Source of the DNA: Candidatus Latescibacterota bacterium
GTDB taxonomy: Bacteria > Latescibacterota > UBA2968 > GCA-2709665
Direction: 5' to 3'
Assembly (NCBI GenBank): GCA_963667175.2
Contig: CAXXXF010000007.1
Coordinates: 64,001-128,000 of the forward strand
Length of the DNA stretch: 64,000 bases
The translations under genes and the position numbers were made by a program. The notes under the pieces are model-generated. The model was not told the DNA's origin. It saw nothing but the letters and a program-made list of their open reading frames with translations, and ran no database searches. Positions 49,789 through 58,845 of this stretch are shown here, in pieces; the stretch's first letter is position 1; each line of letters opens with the position of its first letter.

Positions 49789-50553
49789 ATGAAACTGTCG
49801 GAAGTTCAGGTGAACAGGTTCCGGGAAGAAGGGGTGCTGGTGGTCGAGGATCTGCTTGACGCCGATGAGGTTTCCGCTCTCCTCGCAAGGGCCGAATGGG
49901 TGGCGAGCGGTGGCGCGCGGCATGTTTCCAGGAAGCGTCTGCAGCTGGAACCCGAGGTGAACGCGGGAAGGGCGGCGGCGGACTCGTACGCGGACTCTCT
50001 GCGAAAGATGAGCCATCTCGCGTTCTGCGACAGCGTGTTCGAAGGCCATGCGCGCAACCCGAAGGTACTGGACGTGATCGAGTCCCTGCTCGGTCCGGAC
50101 CTGAAGCTCTATCAGGACCAGTGGTTCATGAAACCCCCGAGAATCGGCTCCAGGCAACCCTACCACCAGGACATGCCGCTCGGATTTCACATCGATCCGC
50201 CCGATATGGTCACCTGCTGGGCCGCGCTGAACGACGCAACCGTGGAAAACGGTTGCCTCTGGATGCTGCCGGGTACCCACCGGTTCGGAATCATTCCCAG
50301 GGAGAAATGGGCAAACTATGAACAGATGTCACTGGACGGCAGACTGCCGGAAGAACGGGCCATCGAGTTGAAAGCGGGCAGCTGCAGTTTTCATCATGGC
50401 CTGATTCTTCACTGCAGCAGGCCGAATCAGACCAACCTGCGCCGGCGGGGATATGCCACGCATTACGTCAGCGCACGGTGCCGATATACCGGCCCGGCAG
50501 AACAGAACGACGCCATGCTGGTCAGGGGCGCCTCCACGCCGGGTTGTATCTGA
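49789..50553 (+). CDS. Phytanoyl-CoA dioxygenase (PhyH) family
   Basis: MKPP, YHQD, W-AL-DATVENGCL and FHH-LILH-S motifs. Confidence 0.92.
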   Translation: MKLSEVQVNRFREEGVLVVEDLLDADEVSALLARAEWVASGGARHVSRKRLQLEPEVNAGRAAADSYADSLRKMSHLAFCDSVFEGHARNPKVLDVIESLLGPDLKLYQDQWFMKPPRIGSRQPYHQDMPLGFHIDPPDMVTCWAALNDATVENGCLWMLPGTHRFGIIPREKWANYEQMSLDGRLPEERAIELKAGSCSFHHGLILHCSRPNQTNLRRRGYATHYVSARCRYTGPAEQNDAMLVRGASTPGCI

Positions 50554-50592
50554 GAAGCTGTTCGAATGCCTCATAACGAAAGGAGTCGCGCG

Positions 50593-51216
50593 ATGAGAAT
50601 TTCAGTTGTGTTTCTGACGGCCGGCCTGCTGGCCTGGGCGCACCCCGCGCACGCCGACATTTTTCCGGGAGAGGAATCCGAAGTTGAAGCGGGCGTGACC
50701 CTGAACCCCATTCGCGCCGGCCGCCTTGAGGTCATCCCGATTCTGTCGGTCGGTCTTTCCGACGGTTCGGTGGTCTACCAGGGCGGCGTGTCGATCGGGG
50801 TTGCGTTGAGCCGGCTGCACCAGGTCGGCGGCGCCTTCGTGGTCGGCAACCGGGCATATGATCGCCGGGGAGACAGAACGGACGTTCTCCAGACACCGCA
50901 GCCGCCCGTGCAGACCAGAGCCGGATATCCCGCGTCCGCCGAAGACGGATTCGGCTCCTCGCTGTCCGGCTTCTATCGGCTCAACGTTCCGCTGAGAGTG
51001 GACAGGCGCACCTGGCCCTTCCTGGAGGCATTCGCCGCCCGAGACTACTGGGGGTGGTCCGGCGTAAGCGAAGTCGGCGGTGGCGTCGGGTTCAGGCGCG
51101 CACTCTCCAACCGGACGGCCCTCACCACCCGATACTCGTACGTGGCGCTATTTGCCGAGGACGAGCGCTCTAACCGTCACGTTGCGTCGGTCGGCGTATC
51201 GATGTTCTTCAGGTAG
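50593..51216 (+). CDS. Hypothetical outer-membrane beta-barrel protein
   Basis: AGGAG RBS, signal peptide ending AHA, amphipathic strands and aromatic C-terminus. Confidence 0.7.
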   Translation: MRISVVFLTAGLLAWAHPAHADIFPGEESEVEAGVTLNPIRAGRLEVIPILSVGLSDGSVVYQGGVSIGVALSRLHQVGGAFVVGNRAYDRRGDRTDVLQTPQPPVQTRAGYPASAEDGFGSSLSGFYRLNVPLRVDRRTWPFLEAFAARDYWGWSGVSEVGGGVGFRRALSNRTALTTRYSYVALFAEDERSNRHVASVGVSMFFR

Positions 51217-51255
51217 ACCCCGGCAGGACGAAAACCCCCGGTTTCTGTCCGTCCT

Positions 51256-51470
51256 TAGCAGTCCGTTGGAAAAGTTGCTCTGCAGGCGAGGCCGAGCCAC
51301 TGTGGCCGAAGACAAGGCGCGCCTGTCTGCGTGCGGACACGCACAGGCAGGCGACCGACGCGAATCCCTGGATTCGGGGAGGGAGCGCCTGCCTGCTGCA
51401 GGCAGGCAACGCCGTAGTTCGATCACAAGGGCCGGACGCAGCCCGGATGGACTTTATCAACGGGCTGTTA
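51256..51470. mobile_element. MITE-like element with about 20-bp TIRs, carrying two nested palindromes
   Basis: tagcagtccgttggaaaagt ... actttatcaacgggctgtta; no transposase. Confidence 0.75.
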
Positions 51471-51496
51471 AACGGGCGGAAGGCAATTGCGAGGGT

Positions 51497-52096
51497 TCAG
51501 ACGGCCGAATATATGGCGGCTACAACCCATACAACGACAAAGCCCACCCCGCAGCCCGCCGCAACCTGCCTCATCGAGTGCGCGCCAACAACAACGCGCG
51601 CCCAACAGACCGCCAGCGCCAGCGGCAACCAGTAGACGGACGAAGGTCCGAGCAAGAGATGCAGTATCGCCAGGGGGCCGCACACGCCCGCAGCGTGCAG
51701 GCTGATCTTCCATCGCACGGTCGTCCAGGCGGCAATCAGCCCCAGGAAGAAACAACCCAGCAGGAAACCGCGTATCAGCGGCGGCGCGCCCGACACCCAC
51801 ATTACGACAAAGCCCGCAAGGCAACTCGCGGAACTCACCAGCAGCGGCTTCCGCCGGCGGGACCGCACCGCAATATAGAATCCATCCACCTCCCTGCGCG
51901 CGACTAGAAGACCCACGTACAGCGTGGGCAGACAGGTCGCAAACAGCAGACCGGCGCCGAGCCAACCGACGCGTTGCATCGGTGGCGCCGGGAGCCGCCA
52001 GATCAGCATCGTCAACAGGCCGGCCGCTGCCAGCGGTGGACTGAATACCGCCGATAGCGTCCTTGCCGCAACCTGCCGGGGGTGAAGTCGTCGCAT
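51497..52096 (-). CDS. PAP2-like membrane protein
   Basis: WKISLH and WARVVVGAHSMRQV motifs; multiple TM segments. Confidence 0.8.
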   Translation of the reverse strand: MRRLHPRQVAARTLSAVFSPPLAAAGLLTMLIWRLPAPPMQRVGWLGAGLLFATCLPTLYVGLLVARREVDGFYIAVRSRRRKPLLVSSASCLAGFVVMWVSGAPPLIRGFLLGCFFLGLIAAWTTVRWKISLHAAGVCGPLAILHLLLGPSSVYWLPLALAVCWARVVVGAHSMRQVAAGCGVGFVVVWVVAAIYSAV

Positions 52097-52218
52097 GGGT
52101 CCTTTGCGTGAATTCCGGTACTGCGTGCGCAACTACGGTAGAAACGGCGAGACAATATACGAATCGATCGCCTGGAATCCCTCCCTCTTCTGTTCAGGCC
52201 AGACCCGGGCATTGCAGC

Positions 52219-52348
52219 TTGACAAGGCTTACTGATTCATATATACTGCTTTAGCGTCCTATTCCGGAAAGATGGTCGCCCGTCGGGCCATCGCTGTCCG
52301 TTACAGGACGTCGGGATGAACGACCGGCGTGTGAAAGTCGGTTTTTTT
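52219..52348 (+). promoter_or_regulatory. sigma70 promoter followed by a structured leader ending in a terminator-like hairpin
   Basis: TTGACA-17-TATACT; stems cgtcct/aggacg and gatggtc/ggccatc; accggc/gtcggt followed by T-run. Confidence 0.6.
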
Positions 52349-52400
52349 CATTTGTTGCGCACAGTTCCGGATTCGACAACGAAACGTCCTACGGTGCCTT

Positions 52401-54953
52401 ATGAAATTGCGAGCCGTCCTCAGCCACCAGCCCACTGACAGGCTCCACCGCATCGCTGCATCGACCGACCTCCCGGTTTACCACGGCGCCAACAAGTCGG
52501 TGCTGATAGACCAGCTGTGCCGCCATCTTTCCAACCCGGCGCAGGTTCGCCAACGAATCGATGCGCTTCAACCCGGGCATCGGGAGTACGTCGTCAATCT
52601 CGCCGCAGAGGGCGGCGAGTTGCTCAAGGAAGATGCCATTGACGAATTGGGCGCGGGATTCACCCACCGCTTCCAGATCATGCAGGACGCGGTTTCCGAA
52701 CTCGGTCTGGTCTTCGAAGACGTCGAAACACTCGGGGCGGACCATTGCCTGGTCGGCATACCGGAATCGGTCCTCAAGGCCATCCCGCTGAGAGCCGGGA
52801 ACCAGGGTCGGCTCCGCCGCGTAATGCAATCTCGATCCATCGGTCTGCTTCGCGCCTTTGCGAGAGAACTTGGCTGCCCGTTCGAAGACTCCCGCCGTGT
52901 TTTCGTGGCGCGCGCCGTTCGCAAGCGGTTGTTGGATCAGGATCATCTGAAGGCCTACATCATCGATCTGCCGGAAGCCAAGAGAGCCATCCTCGATCGT
53001 GTCCTGGCCACGGATGCCATCACACAGGATGAAATCCTGTGTGACATGGGAGAGGGCGGGCTTCGCGCGCTGGACGAAATGATCTGGAAGACGCCGTTGT
53101 TTTTCCACACCACGGATCGGCTCCTGACAGATACGCCCCTCCAACTTGCTTCAGACCTGAAGCCTGAAATTCAGGCCCTTGACGGCAGAATCGAAGACAT
53201 GGTCGAGGCGGTCGTTGCAAGCAACGGACCGAACCCCTCCCGAACCCGGGAGCAGACGTCCTGCCTGGTACCCGATCTCTGCACGCTTCTCGGATTCATC
53301 GATCAGCGCAGGCCGCGCGCACTCAAACACGGCGGCGTATCCCGGGCCCGGCTCCGGGACGTCAGTAAATACTACCGGGGACACGCGGAACCGGGGTACT
53401 CCGAATTCCTGCTCCTGTTTGCGGAATCCGCCGGACTCATCCGTTGCGACGCGAGAACATGGCGGCTTGCGGAAGACGCCGCCGACCGGCTTTCCCGCGC
53501 GCATGACGTCCGAAACGCCGTACTCAGACTCTGGCGCGAAACCGATCGATGGAACGAGTGGACCACCGAACGTCCCGGCGCGCGGATCCGCAACAGGAAT
53601 GACACCCTGAAAGCCCTTCGTAGCGAACTGCTCGACTGCCTTGCCCGCTGTCCCGAAAACAGCTGGATCTCGTACCTGGATTTTTACGGCTTGCTGGCGC
53701 GCAGGTCCGAGACATTCGCCCATCTCGATGGACGTCCCCCGTCCGGGCGGAACCTGATCGGCGGCGGCGCGGACGAACTGCTGCGGCGCATCTTCGTGTC
53801 GGCGCTGACATGGATGGGGCTGATCAGCCTGGGAAATCCTGAATCGTTCGGCGAGGGCCTCGAACCGGGGCATCCGGGGGTCTTCAAACTGACCGGCCCG
53901 GGCGCGGCGCTTCTCAACGAACGTAAACCTGAGAGTACGTCGGTGGAAACCGCGGGCCGTACCGACGAAAATTTCGTACTGCAACCAAATCTTGAAATTC
54001 TCTCACCGCCGGATCTGCCATCCGCCCTGTACATCCGGCTCTTTTCGATAGCGGAACTCAAGGAAGTCGACGTCCTGGCAAAGTTTCGGATATCTCCCCA
54101 ATCCGTTCACACGGCCATGAGCAGGGGCTGGGACGGCCCCTCACTCAGAGCGTTTCTTCGGGACCACAGCGCCACCGGATTGCCGGAGGTGGTAGACGCC
54201 CTGCTCCGGGAGTGCGAAAGCAAACACGGTGAAATTGAAATCGCGCCGGCGTCCGGCTATCTCGTCAGTGAACGGCCCGAACTGCTGGACGAACTCCTCG
54301 TACAGAGCAAGATCTCATCCCTTCTCGGCGTTCGACTCTCACCCACAACGGCGGCGCTCGACCCGTCTACACGCGTCGAGCAACTCGTGGATGCCCTGAA
54401 CGGATGCGGCTATATGCCGAATATTACTCCCGAAGAATCAAACGAAGAACAACAACGGATGGTGTTGGAGGGTCCGGAATTGTTACAGTTGGCGGGGTTT
54501 CTCGAAACCGCGGCAAAGACCTTCGCCGCCAGGTCGGTTCCGCTGCCTGAGGGCCTGGAACGTCTGCTGAGACGTCTCCGCCGAAGCCTTGGAAGCATTC
54601 CGGACAGCGAATACCGGGACGCCCGGAGCGACTACTGCGAGACCTTTGAAACCCTGTTCAAAAGCGGGCGGCCGCACGACGGATTCCAGACCCTCAGGCG
54701 ATACCCGGGCGCGAATCCGGCCACCGCCGCGGCCGACGTGAAATTCCTCATCGGATACGCCATAGACCATCGGCTCGGCCTGGAAATCGACTACCACGAC
54801 GAACGCGTCGCGAGAACCTCATCTCGTTCGATCGAGCCGATCTATGAAGATCACGGCGTACTTTGCGGCTTTTGCAGGCACCGCAAAGGCGAACGGACGT
54901 TCCGGATCGACAGGATTCGGAGCGCGAGGCTGACCCCTTCTCACGCAGAGTGA
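52401..54953 (+). CDS. Helicase-associated (XPB_DRD/Helicase_C_3) domain protein with C-terminal WYL domain
   Basis: FVLQPNLEIL, FRISPQSV-TA-SRG and FL-HS-TGLP motifs; C-terminal LEIDY...RSIEP...GFCRHRKGERTFRIDRI. Confidence 0.82.
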   Translation: MKLRAVLSHQPTDRLHRIAASTDLPVYHGANKSVLIDQLCRHLSNPAQVRQRIDALQPGHREYVVNLAAEGGELLKEDAIDELGAGFTHRFQIMQDAVSELGLVFEDVETLGADHCLVGIPESVLKAIPLRAGNQGRLRRVMQSRSIGLLRAFARELGCPFEDSRRVFVARAVRKRLLDQDHLKAYIIDLPEAKRAILDRVLATDAITQDEILCDMGEGGLRALDEMIWKTPLFFHTTDRLLTDTPLQLASDLKPEIQALDGRIEDMVEAVVASNGPNPSRTREQTSCLVPDLCTLLGFIDQRRPRALKHGGVSRARLRDVSKYYRGHAEPGYSEFLLLFAESAGLIRCDARTWRLAEDAADRLSRAHDVRNAVLRLWRETDRWNEWTTERPGARIRNRNDTLKALRSELLDCLARCPENSWISYLDFYGLLARRSETFAHLDGRPPSGRNLIGGGADELLRRIFVSALTWMGLISLGNPESFGEGLEPGHPGVFKLTGPGAALLNERKPESTSVETAGRTDENFVLQPNLEILSPPDLPSALYIRLFSIAELKEVDVLAKFRISPQSVHTAMSRGWDGPSLRAFLRDHSATGLPEVVDALLRECESKHGEIEIAPASGYLVSERPELLDELLVQSKISSLLGVRLSPTTAALDPSTRVEQLVDALNGCGYMPNITPEESNEEQQRMVLEGPELLQLAGFLETAAKTFAARSVPLPEGLERLLRRLRRSLGSIPDSEYRDARSDYCETFETLFKSGRPHDGFQTLRRYPGANPATAAADVKFLIGYAIDHRLGLEIDYHDERVARTSSRSIEPIYEDHGVLCGFCRHRKGERTFRIDRIRSARLTPSHAE

Positions 54954-55151
54954 CGCGACGTCGGTCTTCATGGGATCGTTGCCGGCTGCGATCGAACGAC
55001 CCCGTAAAAACGGACGGCGCTTTCCTTGACGCGCCGCCGTACAGCGCCTATATTGCGCGGTCCGCACGGCGGCTGACCCCCATCGGCATGGCGGCCGCCG
55101 CCGTTTCAAGTCGATCCGCGTGCCGATGGCGAGCCATTCCGGGAAACCCGT

Positions 55152-55967
55152 ATGCCCCTTAAATACTCCATTCGTGAAAACATGGCGCCGGGAAATTCCA
55201 TCCTGGAGAAATTCCGAAGCCTCGCGGACATAGGCATCGACGGCATCGAGATCACAAGCAGCAGTTCCGTGGAATACGCCGACGAGATCCGTCAGGCGTC
55301 CGCGGAAACAGGGGTATCCCCCAACGTCTTTTCGATCCGTGGCACCATGGGGCTGTTGGACGCGAGGCTCACTGAACGCAGGCAGGCGACGCAAGACCTG
55401 AAAGACGCGCTCACACTGTGCGGCGACCTTGGCGGCGTCGGCGTCATCTTCCCGCCGCTGATCGCAATAAAGCTTCAGGGTGGTCATCGAATTCCGGATC
55501 TCTCCCCTTTTGCCACGTCCGCGCAGGTGGAATCCAGCCTGCTCACCGACATTCTTGCGCGCGACGTCGCCCCGCACGCCGAATCCTGCGGGTGCAGCGT
55601 AATTATCGAACCGCTCAACCGGTACGAGCAGTGGTGGCCGTGCACGCTCGCGGAAGGGCTGGAAATCTGCGAAGCCGTCAATAGTCCGGGTGTAACCATC
55701 ATGGCCGACTTCTTTCATATGAGCATTGAAGAGTCCGACTTGGCGGAAGCCATTCGCAGTGGCGGCGAACGGATCACCAACGTGCACCTGGCAGACAGCA
55801 ACCGGATTCTGCCGGGATACGGGCACACGGACTTCAGACCCGCCCTCCAGGCTCTCGAAGATATCGGATATCGCCATTACTGCGGCTTCGAATGCGCGAT
55901 CCCGCCGGGAAGCGATCCCAAATCCGAGCTCAGGAAATCGATGGACTACCTTAACAGTCTGCATTAA
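55152..55967 (+). CDS. Sugar-phosphate isomerase/epimerase (D-psicose 3-epimerase-like)
   Basis: EPLNRYE, DFFHMSIEE, HLADSNR and GFEC motifs; upstream TTGACG-17-TATATT. Confidence 0.9.
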   Translation: MPLKYSIRENMAPGNSILEKFRSLADIGIDGIEITSSSSVEYADEIRQASAETGVSPNVFSIRGTMGLLDARLTERRQATQDLKDALTLCGDLGGVGVIFPPLIAIKLQGGHRIPDLSPFATSAQVESSLLTDILARDVAPHAESCGCSVIIEPLNRYEQWWPCTLAEGLEICEAVNSPGVTIMADFFHMSIEESDLAEAIRSGGERITNVHLADSNRILPGYGHTDFRPALQALEDIGYRHYCGFECAIPPGSDPKSELRKSMDYLNSLH

Positions 55968-56084
55968 CGGCCCGTCGAAAAGGCCACCCGGGCGGCGTCC
56001 GCAAGCACCCCGGGAAACCGGGCGAATTGCGGTGTCGCGGTATCGATCGGCACTGACAAACCCCCGACACACCGGAGATCTCCA

Positions 56085-56495
56085 ATGGACCAGCCATCGG
56101 AAAAAAGCCTGAAGCGGATGTGGGTCTACTTCGAGAAATATTGCGAGAAGACCGGCACGACCGGTCATCCCGACACGGGCATCACGGAGGCCGTCGTCAA
56201 CGGCCTAGCGGCACACGTCGACGAACTCGGTCGTCCACTGTGCCCGTGCAACTTCTACCCCGATAAGAAAGCCGAACTCGAACGCAGCCGAGAGTGGATC
56301 TGCGCCTGCGACGAGATGAAAATCTACAAGTACTGCCATTGCCTCCTGTTCGTCACCCCCGAAGGCCTGCCCGTCACCGAATACCTTCCTGAAGGACACG
56401 AAGGCCGGGAATCCTACGGCCTGGTAAGAGACCCGACCCCCGACAAAGGCCGGGAATCCCGCCGCCGCGCCGCTGAAAAAGAATCCGGGACGTAA
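56085..56495 (+). CDS. Ferredoxin:thioredoxin reductase catalytic subunit
   Basis: PLCPC, WICAC and YCHCLLF motifs. Confidence 0.9.
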   Translation: MDQPSEKSLKRMWVYFEKYCEKTGTTGHPDTGITEAVVNGLAAHVDELGRPLCPCNFYPDKKAELERSREWICACDEMKIYKYCHCLLFVTPEGLPVTEYLPEGHEGRESYGLVRDPTPDKGRESRRRAAEKESGT

Positions 56496-56497
56496 GT

Positions 56498-57397
56498 TCA
56501 GGAATCGGTCGCGAACAGGTCCGTGAGCGACGCTTCCGCGACCTCGAGACCGGAGATCTCCGCTTCCACGTCCTGAATCAACAGCGTCCGTAAACCTGAA
56601 TCGTCAACCGCCTGGCGCGCCATTTCCTTCACCTTCCTCATCACCTTGTCCCGCGCCCACGGCGCCATCCCTTCAGAACCGAAACACTCGGATTCAAATG
56701 CTGCGCCAGCAGATGCATCCGGGACGAGGGTATCCCGTTCCAGCGCCAGGGCCAGAACCATGTGCCGCAGGAAATCGCTGAATCCGCACTCGTCTACCGC
56801 CTCGGCAAATGGCAGCAGGACACGCGATGGCAGAATCCGCACAAAGTTCAATCTGGCGCGCAGCGCCAGAAACTGCGGATAATCCTGCAACGGGTCCACT
56901 TCCGCGACCTCGTCGTCCTCCGCGGCGGAAACCTTCCACGTCTCCGGAACGACGCGGGACCAGCGATCGATCTGCCAGCCGTAATCCTGCAGGAGGCGCG
57001 CCTCCGGCCTTCCCGAAATCAAGCGGCAGACCCGCCCCATCTCCTCCAGCCGCGCGTGCGCTTCCTCCCGGCCCCGCTTGCGTATTTCCTCGTATTCCGC
57101 CTTTGCCAGCAGATCCACGGCCCGGTTGAGATCGTTCTTTGCCGAAACCGTCAGACCCAGTTCCAGGCTGACCAGCGCCTGGCGCACGCCCTGAAACAGA
57201 ACGTCACGCGAAACGGCAATCCCGGTCCGGTACCGCCGGCCGAACCGGGCGCCTTCGGTTCGCAAATAGGCCAGCAGAACGTCGGGGGCGTGCCGGGGGA
57301 GTCTGTCATATTTCACGCCCAACGCAATCGCCTGGCCCAGGAAGCCCTCCGAATCGAGCCTGAGCCCCTCCAGGTCGACAACCGCCAAAGGGTTCAC
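56498..57397 (-). CDS. Hypothetical helical protein
   Basis: 299-aa ORF; GTGA overlap with the upstream gene. Confidence 0.7.
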   Translation of the reverse strand: MNPLAVVDLEGLRLDSEGFLGQAIALGVKYDRLPRHAPDVLLAYLRTEGARFGRRYRTGIAVSRDVLFQGVRQALVSLELGLTVSAKNDLNRAVDLLAKAEYEEIRKRGREEAHARLEEMGRVCRLISGRPEARLLQDYGWQIDRWSRVVPETWKVSAAEDDEVAEVDPLQDYPQFLALRARLNFVRILPSRVLLPFAEAVDECGFSDFLRHMVLALALERDTLVPDASAGAAFESECFGSEGMAPWARDKVMRKVKEMARQAVDDSGLRTLLIQDVEAEISGLEVAEASLTDLFATDS

Positions 57398-58392
57398 TGG
57401 TCTGCTCCTCCGGTGTCCGCTTGATTCTCCTCCGGTTGCTGCGCCGGTGTTACGTTTTCATCCTTCTCGGCTTCGGACCGCTCCCACGCCCCGCGAATCA
57501 CACGGGAAAGCAGGGTCGGCGCGGCCTCATAGAGCGCGTCGAGGACGATGCCGGTTTCCGGATCGTCGATAAACGCGCTGGGACGGGTCCCGCCCAGCCC
57601 CTCGGCGGAAAAAAGCCGGAAACGATAGACCTGAAAACCAGGCGGTCCGACGATCTCATTCAGATTCAGATCATCCATGCGGTCCAGCAGCGCATCCTCC
57701 AGAAGAGACGGGTCCACGGCGCGCAGCAACGCTGCCCGTCGGTTGAACTCCTTGAGCGTCGCAAGGGCCTTCAGCCACTCCCAGGACACGCGGGCGCGCA
57801 AGGCGGGATTGTCCACACTGTCCAGGGTCTCCGCCATTGTGCGCCGCAGAACACCGGGTGACATCGCCCGGATCAGTTCCGTGTTGAACTTCCATTCATC
57901 CGGGTTGACCGAAACCAGATTGCCCAGGATCTCGGCGGGCAGAAGCTCCACCACCCTGTGGCTGTACCCCGGTACGCCGGAACGATCCGCGCCGGTCATC
58001 GAGAGCATCTCCTCCGGCGCATCGCTCATCGCCACCAGCGCGGCCTGCTCTTGCACGGGAAGCGCCTGCATCAGCGATCGCACGCGCTTGACGTCGCCGG
58101 ACGCCAATAACTGCCTGAACTCGCTTTCGCGCCCGATCAGGTCCATCAGATTCCCGGACCAGTTCCCCGATATAACCAGATTCCCCTTGACCTCTACCGA
58201 ACCCGGTTCCGCGGACGCCGGCGTGCCGGACGTCCCGTCTCGAACGTCGTCCGTCCCGTTCGCGAGTTCCCGCTCCTCCTGGCATTTCACGCACGTCGAC
58301 GCGCCGGGCATGACCGCCCTACGGTCCTCCGGTATCTCCGCGCCGCACACCGCACATTCCTTCCACGCGCCAGGTTTCGGTTTCGGATCCAT
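57394..58392 (-). CDS. Protein with N-terminal TraR/DksA C4 zinc finger fused to an unknown helical domain
   Basis: CAVCGAEIPEDRRAVMPGASTCVKCQE. Confidence 0.8.
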   Translation of the reverse strand: MDPKPKPGAWKECAVCGAEIPEDRRAVMPGASTCVKCQEERELANGTDDVRDGTSGTPASAEPGSVEVKGNLVISGNWSGNLMDLIGRESEFRQLLASGDVKRVRSLMQALPVQEQAALVAMSDAPEEMLSMTGADRSGVPGYSHRVVELLPAEILGNLVSVNPDEWKFNTELIRAMSPGVLRRTMAETLDSVDNPALRARVSWEWLKALATLKEFNRRAALLRAVDPSLLEDALLDRMDDLNLNEIVGPPGFQVYRFRLFSAEGLGGTRPSAFIDDPETGIVLDALYEAAPTLLSRVIRGAWERSEAEKDENVTPAQQPEENQADTGGADQ

Positions 58393-58457
58393 AGACAGGC
58401 CTCGTTCAGCCGGTGGAAGAGGAAAGCCGTCACTCGGGGCGAGTCATCGAATAACGA

Positions 58458-58604
58458 AAAATACCGAACGCACCCGGAAAAGTCAATATAATTTTCTGTT
58501 TTTAAAGGATTTAAATTTATTGACTTTTCGGCCGCTTATTGTTATATTATTGCCGGTAAGCAAGGGAACTGAGGGCCGATGCCGCAAGGCGTTTCGGCCT
58601 TTTT
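58458..58604. promoter_or_regulatory. Back-to-back sigma70 promoters with a 12-bp inverted repeat; plus-strand short leader and terminator
   Basis: Minus TTGACT-17-TATTTT; plus TTGACT-17-TATATT; gaaaagtcaata/tattgacttttc; hairpin ggccga...tcggcc followed by T5. Confidence 0.6.
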
Positions 58605-58845
58605 CGATAGATGGATGACTCCCGCATCGCCGAATGAACCTCACCCTCCCCTCGAACTGCCGGAAGTTCAGTGTTTTTCGGGCGCTGCTACATGACAGAT
58701 AACCCTTGACAGAGTCGCGCCGGACACAGTAGTTTTCAGCCTTCAGATCATACGTTTCACCTGGAACGGGAGACGGCTCGAACGGACCCCGGTTTCCGGA
58801 TGCCTTTTCCGGCGTGCATTCACGGCAGGACGCCGCGCATACGCT

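Noticed and set aside
58558-58572. ANTAR-type hexaloop hairpin (agc-aaggga-act)
   Set aside because: The stem is mismatched and no second hairpin is visible.
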